36,816 nucleotides of DNA from Thermodesulfobacteriota bacterium (GTDB lineage Bacteria; Desulfobacterota; Desulfobulbia; Desulfobulbales; SURF-16), in NCBI GenBank assembly GCA_040755455.1, contig JBFMAY010000043.1, forward strand, positions 1 to 36,816, read 5' to 3'. This document shows, piece by piece, positions 31,009 through 36,816 of the stretch (the stretch's first letter is position 1; each line of letters opens with the position of its first letter). The translations under genes were made by a program, and so were the position numbers. The notes beneath the pieces were generated by a model. It worked only from the letters and a program-made list of their open reading frames with translations. It was not told where the DNA came from and did no database searches.

Positions 31009-32619
31009 ATGACCGACAACAGCAATGATGACCTGATTTTTTTCGACGAACCGGCCGGCGCCGCATCCGTCCAGGGTGAAACCGCCGGCCAGCCGCACTC
31101 GCCCGCCAGGTGCTGGAAAATCCTGATCGTTGATGATGATACGGAGGTTCACAGCATCACCACCCTGGTGCTGAAAAATTTCCGTTATGACGGCAAGGGA
31201 CTGCAGTTTCTCCATGCCTATACCGCCGGCGAGGCGAAAGATCAGATCATGCAACATCCAGACACGGCGGTTATCCTGCTTGATGTGGTCATGGAGAGCA
31301 ATGATTCCGGGCTTGCCTTTGTTGAATTCGTCCGCAAGGTGCAGCAAAATCCCTTTGTCCGCATCATCCTGAGAACCGGCCAGCCGGGTCAGGCCCCAGA
31401 GGAAAAGGTCATTGTCGAGTATGACATCAACGACTACAAGGAAAAAACCGAACTCTCCTCCCAGAAACTCTTTACCGTCATGGTTTCCTCCCTGCGGACT
31501 TACCGGGATATCCTGATCATCGAGGCAAACCGCCGGGGTCTGCGAAGAATTATCGATGCCTCGGCCAACCTTTTCGAACTGCACTCCCTCCGGCAACTTG
31601 CCTCCGGGGTGTTGACCCAGCTCGTCTCCATCCTGCACATGGACCCCAATGCCATTGTCTTTGAGACATCTGGCTTTGCCGCGACCAAATCGGCAAAACG
31701 CTTTGATATCCTCGCCGCCACCGGCAAGTTTGAGGGCCTGACGCAGCTGACCAACGAGAATGAATTGCCGGAAAACGTGCTCAAAGACCTGCATGATGCC
31801 ATTTCCCGGAAAAAATGCCTCTACTATTCTGATAGATACATCGGCTACTTCAAAAGCCAGTTCGGCGCGGAAACCGTCATCTACTGCGAGGGCTGGAACG
31901 AACTGAGCGAACTCAACAAGTCCCTGATCGAGATTTTCTGCACCAACGTCCATATCGCCTTTGAAAATACCCACCTCAACATGGAGATTGAGGACACCCA
32001 GAAGGAGATTATCTATACCCTGGGCGAGATAGCCGAGGCCCGCTCCCAGGAAACCGGCTTCCACGTCAAACGGGTCTCGGAATTCAGCAGGCTGCTCGGC
32101 GAGAAATGCGGGCTGCACCCGACCCATGTTGAAATCCTGCGGCTCGCCGCGCCCATGCATGATGTGGGCAAGGTGGCCATTCCGGACAATATCCTCAACA
32201 ATCCCGGGCCGCTGACCGATGATGAATTCTCAACCATGAAAAATCATGCCGCCATCGGCCACCACATGCTGGAATCATCGAGCAGGGAGATCATGAAGGC
32301 AGCAGCGATCATCGCAGTCCAGCACCATGAGAAATATGACGGCAGCGGCTATCCGGCCGGGCTGCGGGGCGAGGCTATCCATATCTTTGCCCGGATCACC
32401 GCCATTGCCGACGTCTTTGACGCCCTGTGCAACGACCGGGTCTATCGCAAGGCCTATGACATGAATGAGATTCTTGCCTATTTCACCAGGGAAAGGGGCC
32501 GGCATTTTGATCCTGCCCTGGTGGACATCTTTCTGGCCAACATCAACGATTTTATCAATATCAAACAAACCTTATGCAAAGGACTTCAACCACCTCCGCC
32601 CCATTCCCGGCATGACTGA
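31009..32619 (+). CDS. Response regulator with REC, DUF3369-like and HD-GYP domains (putative c-di-GMP phosphodiesterase)
   Basis: WKILIVDDD, LLDVVME and RTGQPGQAPE; HDVGK and HHEKYDGSGYP. Confidence 0.92.
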   Translation: MTDNSNDDLIFFDEPAGAASVQGETAGQPHSPARCWKILIVDDDTEVHSITTLVLKNFRYDGKGLQFLHAYTAGEAKDQIMQHPDTAVILLDVVMESNDSGLAFVEFVRKVQQNPFVRIILRTGQPGQAPEEKVIVEYDINDYKEKTELSSQKLFTVMVSSLRTYRDILIIEANRRGLRRIIDASANLFELHSLRQLASGVLTQLVSILHMDPNAIVFETSGFAATKSAKRFDILAATGKFEGLTQLTNENELPENVLKDLHDAISRKKCLYYSDRYIGYFKSQFGAETVIYCEGWNELSELNKSLIEIFCTNVHIAFENTHLNMEIEDTQKEIIYTLGEIAEARSQETGFHVKRVSEFSRLLGEKCGLHPTHVEILRLAAPMHDVGKVAIPDNILNNPGPLTDDEFSTMKNHAAIGHHMLESSSREIMKAAAIIAVQHHEKYDGSGYPAGLRGEAIHIFARITAIADVFDALCNDRVYRKAYDMNEILAYFTRERGRHFDPALVDIFLANINDFINIKQTLCKGLQPPPPHSRHD

Positions 32620-32738
32620 TCATAATCTTTTGCAGTAAAGGCCATTGCCGCCAATGGGAATGGGGCGGAGTTGGTGTCGAGATTTTTTCGCATTTTCTTT
32701 TGGGTAGGTGGCGCCAAGGTAATAAGGAACATTCCAAC

Positions 32739-32785
32739 AAAAAAAGGGGGCCAGCTTCTCTGTTGAAACAGAAGCCGACCCCCTT
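32739..32785 (-). terminator. Rho-independent terminator of the original tRNA gene
   Basis: On the minus strand, GGGGGTCGGCTTCT...AGAAGCTGGCCCCC is followed by T7, about 10 nt downstream of the tRNA CCA. Confidence 0.85.
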
Positions 32786-32794
32786 GATTTTTGC

Positions 32795-32824
32795 TGGTGC
32801 CCGGAGCGAGAATCGAACTCGCAC
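32795..32824 (-). other. tRNA-Leu 3' fragment; attachment site of an integrated element
   Basis: Minus strand GTGCGAGTTCGATTCTCGCTCCGGGCACCA gives a T-arm (GCGAG TTCGATT CTCGC), a 3' acceptor strand TCCGGGC, discriminator A and CCA. No D-arm or anticodon arm lies upstream. The Leu assignment rests on similarity to tRNA-Leu 3' ends. Confidence 0.85.
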
Positions 32825-32893
32825 ATGTTCTTGCTACATAAGGGTTTGCGGCTTGCTGATAAACTTTTGTACAACATGGGGTGTACAACTACT

Positions 32894-33175
32894 TTATAGA
32901 TCAAGCTCCGAATGCGAACCAAGCCGCGCTAATTTCAAGATGTCGTCATCAGATTTTTTGTAGACCAATAGAAGGTCAGGCTTAACGTGGCATTCCCGGT
33001 ATCCCATCCACTCACCGGAAAGCGTATGATCTCGGTATTTTTCAGCCAATGACTGATCGTGTACGAGCGCCGTTAAAACCTTGATGAGTTCTTTTTCCAG
33101 CGTTTTCCTGTGCTGGCCTTTCATTTCGCGCTTGTAATCCCGCTTGAATGCGGAAGAGCGCTCAATCGTCCGCAT
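32894..33175 (-). CDS. yafQ: Type II toxin, YafQ family mRNA interferase
   Basis: FKRDYKR, YRDHTLSGEW, RECHVKPDLLLVY and LARLGSHSEL motifs. Confidence 0.93.
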   Translation of the reverse strand: MRTIERSSAFKRDYKREMKGQHRKTLEKELIKVLTALVHDQSLAEKYRDHTLSGEWMGYRECHVKPDLLLVYKKSDDDILKLARLGSHSELDL

Positions 33176-33425
33176 TCAGGTCAACCATCAAATCTTCCAC
33201 GCTCTTGAAGCTTGCGCCCTTCCCTGCTTCAAGTTCCTGCATCGCCTCTTTGGTTTTTTCGTTCGGGATTCTCACATCAAACGGCAAGGTATGTTCGCGG
33301 GCCACCTTGGTGAGTAATAACCGCACCGCGTCAGATACAGTCAACCCCATCGACGCAAGCACGGTTGCAGCTTCTTTTTTTATTTTCCCGTCAACGCGGG
33401 CTTGAACCAATGCATTCGCAGACAT
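33162..33425 (-). CDS. dinJ: Type II antitoxin, RelB/DinJ family
   Basis: VQARVD..IKKEA..VL..MGLTVSDAVRLLL...LPF..RIPN.KT; GGAGG RBS; overlaps the toxin start. Confidence 0.92.
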   Translation of the reverse strand: MSANALVQARVDGKIKKEAATVLASMGLTVSDAVRLLLTKVAREHTLPFDVRIPNEKTKEAMQELEAGKGASFKSVEDLMVDLNADD

Positions 33426-33452
33426 AGGAAACCTCCATAATCTTTGTATGAC

Positions 33453-33481
33453 ATTGTAATTCACATAACATTGATTGTCAA
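33453..33481 (-). promoter_or_regulatory. Sigma70 promoter of the TA operon with an overlapping imperfect palindrome (likely autorepression operator)
   Basis: Minus strand TTGACA-17 nt-TACAAT; ATGACA-T-TGTAAT imperfect inverted repeat over the -10. Confidence 0.75.
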
Positions 33482-33508
33482 TGGAAGCGGGAGTCGAACC
33501 CTCGTTCT
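33481..33508 (-). other. Degenerate tRNA/tmRNA-like 3' fragment (second att remnant)
   Basis: Minus strand GAACGAGGGTTCGACTCCCGCTTCCA resembles a T-arm plus acceptor end; TTGCAAC repeats lie adjacent. Confidence 0.45.
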
Positions 33509-33622
33509 ACCATGTCAATAAAGGGCTTGATGGTTGCTTGCAACTAAGTTGCAACAGTTGCAAATAAATTTTTTAATCCGCAAAATCGAGTAATTCAAGC
33601 TTACCCCCTCATTTTTTTCTTT

Positions 33623-34714
33623 CCTGGAATCCCTTCGTAATCAGGTCAAAGTTTCAAACGTCATGATAAATTGGACATTGCTTGAACCAAAAAATCTTTT
33701 GTCTCAATCCCTTCGTAATCAGGTCAAGGTTTCAAACCGAGTACCACGATGAACTGTTGCGAAAATTTCAAGGAAAAGTCTCAATCCCTTCGTAATCAGG
33801 TCAAGGTTTCAAACGATAATCTCCAGTTTGAAGCCTAGCTGCAAGAGCAACGGTTTGTCTCAATCCCTTCGTAATCAGGTCAAGGTTTCAAACAATGATC
33901 TGAAATATTTTTATGACGGGTATAACGCGTCTCAATCCCTTCGTAATCAGGTCAAGGTTTCAAACGCCTTATCATTCCCGCAACCCTCGGTTGGACCGGC
34001 AACGTGTCTCAATCCCTTCGTAATCAGGTCAAGGTTTCAAACGCCAAGATGGCTCTTGAGTCCATTTGCAAAGAATCGAAGTCTCAATCCCTTCGTAATC
34101 AGGTCAAGGTTTCAAACCTACCGATTGGCTCACCACCATAGCACAGCAGTGGGACGTCTCAATCCCTTCGTAATCAGGTCAAGGTTTCAAACTTAGTGAA
34201 ACGTGAATTGGACCCTACTGTCGAGAAAGGTCTCAATCCCTTCGTAATCAGGTCAAGGTTTCAAACTGATGATGAAATAAGAGGCATGCTTCTTTCCAGA
34301 ATCTGGTCTCAATCCCTTCGTAATCAGGTCAAGGTTTCAAACGTGAAGGGTAAGAAAAGGGGCAGGACGAACGAATGGTTTGGTCTCAATCCCTTCGTAA
34401 TCAGGTCAAGGTTTCAAACCCTTTACCGGGTCTCCTTGGCATGATGCACTTAGATGTCTCAATCCCTTCGTAATCAGGTCAAGGTTTCAAACGATGTTGC
34501 AAGCCTTGGATACCGCAAGCATCTCCGTGTCTCAATCCCTTCGTAATCAGGTCAAGGTTTCAAACAGCAAAAAAACTTGAGAACGATGTCAAGGCAGCGA
34601 CAAGCGGTCTCAATCCCTTCGTAATCAGGTCAAGGTTTCAAACAAAAAGGCTCAAAATAAAGGAAAAAACGAGCCAAGTCTCAATCCCTTCGTAATCAGG
34701 TCAAGGTTTCAAAC
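33623..34714 (-). CRISPR. CRISPR array, 15 repeats and 14 spacers, type III-like repeat, no cas genes in window
   Basis: 37-nt repeat GTCTCAATCCCTTCGTAATCAGGTCAAGGTTTCAAAC (+ strand). 14 identical copies start at 33701, 33778, 33857, 33929, 34006, 34081, 34156, 34230, 34306, 34383, 34456, 34529, 34607 and 34678, with a degenerate terminal copy at 33623. Spacers are unique, 34-42 nt. The minus-strand repeat ends in ATTGAGAC. Confidence 0.98.
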
Positions 34715-34990
34715 GGTATGCTTCTTTTTTGCAGCATTTCCAGCGTATTACAAAGCAATTTCCTGTAACCTCAGTTTTTGTCTTTAAAATCTGGTCATCA
34801 CCTCCATTTAATTTAAAGCGTAATATATAATTTATTACGAAAAAACAACAAATTATGTTTTTCCTGTAACCTACCCCTATTTTACCCTGTTTAAAAAAAA
34901 TAGAAAAAACATCGATAATTCAGCACATTAACGCCTTACATCATCGGCAACAAAAAGCAGCTGGAATTTTTTTTTTGAAAATTCGTGTTC
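34715..34990 (-). promoter_or_regulatory. CRISPR leader
   Basis: AT-rich non-coding region opposite the degenerate repeat; 13-bp direct repeat TTTCCTGTAACCT at 34759 and 34860. Confidence 0.75.
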
Positions 34991-35004
34991 CCGTTTTTTT
35001 CTTT

Positions 35005-35517
35005 TTATATTTCTTTAAGGTCGCAAGGATCAACAATAAGATATTTTCGTGTTTTATTATTCTCATTATTGAGAATTAATACTTGAACACCTTCTTTAAA
35101 ATTATATGTAATCAATTCAACATTCAACCCCCTGTTTTTTTTTGCTTTAGGGTTTAATGGTTCAATTATATACTTTTTACCCGGTATTAAGCTAACTTTA
35201 CGAACAAATTTATTTTGCCAATAACATTCCACATATGCATTGTTAATACTATGTCCATCATCTTGTATGTCTTCCCTTTGATCAACGTTTTTTAGTGATT
35301 CGATCGTTTTAGGCCCTTCACCTGTTAAAATCCATTCAGCCAGCAAATTATATTTTTTATTGATTATGAATGCCCATTCGTAATCAAATTTATTTTCTTT
35401 TTTCCTCCTACTAAACGTAGGCTGTGAAGTTCCAATAATTCCAATTAGATCCTTGTCTTTTTTGATAGACAATTCCTTTTTAATCCTTTCGCATATTGTC
35501 AAAAAGTTATCGATCAT
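35005..35517 (-). CDS. Phage CI-like HTH repressor with an atypical C-terminal domain
   Basis: N-terminal ERIKKELSIKKDKDL..IIGTSQPTFSRRKK...EWILTGEG is typical of phage CI-type HTH domains. Divergent from the phage structural genes and very AT-rich. Confidence 0.8.
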   Translation of the reverse strand: MIDNFLTICERIKKELSIKKDKDLIGIIGTSQPTFSRRKKENKFDYEWAFIINKKYNLLAEWILTGEGPKTIESLKNVDQREDIQDDGHSINNAYVECYWQNKFVRKVSLIPGKKYIIEPLNPKAKKNRGLNVELITYNFKEGVQVLILNNENNKTRKYLIVDPCDLKEI

Positions 35518-35686
35518 GAATTTTTTCCTTGCATTAAAAATTCGTTTTTGATAATTAAATATTATTGATTTTAAATTACATTATCATTTCAAAATAAATT
35601 GTGCATTTAAATTTAAGCAAATATTTATGCGAGTGATGCAATGAACCGCATCAACCTGAATATCATCCAACAGCGAGGACACAGAC

Positions 35687-35959
35687 ATGGCGAATCTTGA
35701 ATGTAGCATTGAAGGAAAACTTACCGCAATTAAACCGTTCAAGACCAAGCAAGGGCAATTTTTTGAGCATCATATTACCACACCAGCCGACGAAGAATAC
35801 GGCTATCCTAACACGGTTTCCGTTGTCGCCGGGCGCAAACTCGGCGCAATTTCCGATATCCTTTCAATAACCGCGCGCATAACCGGTTATCGCAAATCCT
35901 TTATCTCCAAGAACGGCGAATCAGTCGTCAAAATCGACAATCGCCTTTTTGCAGTTTAA
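35687..35959 (+). CDS. Filamentous-phage gene V-like single-stranded DNA-binding protein
   Basis: 90 aa, beta-rich. The pattern TPADEEYGYPNTVSV...RKLG...ARITGY resembles inovirus SSBs. GAGGA RBS; lies upstream of small membrane ORFs and the coat gene. Confidence 0.7.
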   Translation: MANLECSIEGKLTAIKPFKTKQGQFFEHHITTPADEEYGYPNTVSVVAGRKLGAISDILSITARITGYRKSFISKNGESVVKIDNRLFAV

Positions 35960-36027
35960 TCAGGGGGTTCCGGTTAGCAAATAGGAGCAAAAAATCATGG
36001 AATCATACGAATTTTTGAGGCCCGGCA

Positions 36028-36282
36028 ATGACCCTTTCATTTTCTCCGAGGAAGATCATAAGGATATTGTTTTTTTCGTTACTCATATTCCTTACCTGCA
36101 GCTCCTCTTCCTTTGCTGAAAACATCATCGGCCAGGACAGATACCTAAATGTTTCGACTATTCAGTTTTTGCAGAACCAGGGCGGCTATGAAGTCTATTT
36201 CAATTTCTTTGTCACCCTTGAATTGCTGGTTGCCCTTATCGCCCTGTTCTTCCGCTGGATCGGTCGCGTGATGAGGTCATAA
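36028..36282 (+). CDS. Small membrane protein (signal peptide plus C-terminal TM), putative phage protein
   Basis: N-terminal signal ending SSFA; C-terminal FNFFVTLELLVALIALFFRW followed by a basic tail. Confidence 0.6.
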   Translation: MTLSFSPRKIIRILFFSLLIFLTCSSSSFAENIIGQDRYLNVSTIQFLQNQGGYEVYFNFFVTLELLVALIALFFRWIGRVMRS

Positions 36283-36449
36283 ATGAAATGGAACTCATTG
36301 AAAGGATTTGAAATGCCCTTTTTTTATTCCCGCCGCTTTTTGCGGTTTGGCTCCCGGCCTTCGCCGCGTCCATCCTGGTATTTTGCGGCCTTACGGATGA
36401 ACGGGGGGCAATTTGAGGCATTCAGGTCTGTATTTGCGAGGGATTTGCA

Positions 36450-36554
36450 ATGGACGCTGCAACTTTAACAGCAATAATGGCTGCAACCATGTTCAGCCTG
36501 GCCGGTATTGTCGCCGGCGGGCTCTTAGGCTGGGCAATTGTGACAAGCTTTTAA
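36450..36554 (+). CDS. 34-aa hydrophobic protein, putative inovirus minor coat (pVII/pIX-like)
   Basis: Hand-translated MDAATLTAIMAATMFSLAGIVAGGLLGWAIVTSF*; GAGGG RBS. Below the ORF-track cutoff. Confidence 0.6.
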   Translation: MDAATLTAIMAATMFSLAGIVAGGLLGWAIVTSF

Positions 36555-36580
36555 CTTTACCTCCTTGCGTGGGGAGGGGG

Positions 36581-36632
36581 GCCTGCTGGCTGGATCTCGT
36601 CGGCAAACTTTTTCCAGCCAGCAGGCTTTTTT
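36581..36632 (+). terminator. Strong hairpin plus T-tract upstream of the coat gene
   Basis: 14-bp perfect stem GCCTGCTGGCTGGA/TCCAGCCAGCAGGC followed by T6. Confidence 0.55.
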
Positions 36633-36714
36633 ACCAAACTTTTTATGTGCGGCCACACATTTATAAACCGGGGATAGTCCCCATATTAACAATCATTATC
36701 TACGAGGTATCATT

Positions 36715-36816
36715 ATGGATCTGACAGGCATTACCCTTGACACCGCAACCGTTCTCGCCATGGGCCTGATCGTTATTACCGCTTACGCCGGTATCTGGTC
36801 AGTAAGGAAAGTCATC
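36715..36816 (+). CDS. Putative inovirus major coat protein (pVIII-like, no leader peptide), truncated by window end
   Basis: Hand-translated MDLTGITLDTATVLAMGLIVITAYAGIWSVRKVI: acidic N-terminus, single TM helix, basic C-terminus. GAGGT RBS. Confidence 0.75.
   Translation, partial: MDLTGITLDTATVLAMGLIVITAYAGIWSVRKVI

Larger units (their letters stand above)
32795..36816. mobile_element. tRNA-integrated element / filamentous (inovirus-like) prophage region, right part outside the window
   Basis: att fragment, drop in GC content, TA pair, CI-like repressor, gene V-like SSB, small hydrophobic ORFs and a major coat-like ORF. Confidence 0.8.

Noticed and set aside
32795..32880. Complete tRNA gene
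   Set aside because: Only the T-arm and 3' acceptor strand are present; no D-arm, anticodon arm or 5' acceptor strand upstream.
33828..34444. ORFs 33828-34196 and 34196-34444
   Set aside because: They are translations of CRISPR repeats and spacers (repeating LNPFVIRSRFQT).
33660..34677. Self-targeting spacers within the window
   Set aside because: No match noticed by eye. This was not exhaustive and needs a BLAST search.
34810..34860. dif-like XerCD site as the phage integration point
   Set aside because: The palindrome lacks the TTATGTTAAAT arm and dif spacing; kept only as a possible operator.
32894..35959. cas genes flanking the array (e.g. the 93-aa or 90-aa ORFs as Cas2)
   Set aside because: The 93-aa ORF has clear YafQ motifs. 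The 90-aa ORF lacks the Cas2 N-terminal YD motif and fits an SSB.
35997..36119. 40-aa ORF MESYEFLRPG... with an AGGAG RBS
   Set aside because: It overlaps the more protein-like 36028-36282 ORF and has no supporting features; cannot be excluded entirely.
36413..36724. 103-aa tracked ORF
   Set aside because: Non-ATG start, atypical composition, runs through hairpins, and overlaps the better 34-aa TM ORF and the coat start.

Overview
Bacterial chromosomal window. The host looks like an anaerobic Desulfobacterota-type organism, inferred from gene content only. Positions 1-32.7 kb are mostly housekeeping, metabolic and signalling genes: a Sel1-repeat protein, a DEAD-box helicase, a decaheme HAO-like cytochrome c, the tupABC tungstate transporter, an M28 peptidase, an HPF-cold-shock fusion, pcm, a hybrid kinase, gpmI, a yedF/cysteine desulfurase/DUF3343 cluster, a pta-ackA-zwf-pgl-edd-eda run, corA, and a PAS kinase with an HD-GYP regulator. 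From about 32.8 kb the window enters an integrated element. Its left boundary is a displaced 30-nt tRNA-Leu 3' end that still sits on the tRNA's terminator. Inside are a DinJ/YafQ-type toxin-antitoxin pair, a second decayed tRNA/tmRNA-like att remnant, and a CRISPR array with no cas genes in view (15 repeats, 14 spacers, type III-like 37-nt repeat, intact leader). These are followed by the start of what looks like a filamentous phage (inovirus): a CI-like repressor, a gene V-like ssDNA-binding protein, small membrane proteins and a major coat protein truncated by the window end. The main highlight is this apparent inovirus-like prophage or island carrying a full-length orphan type III-like CRISPR array.
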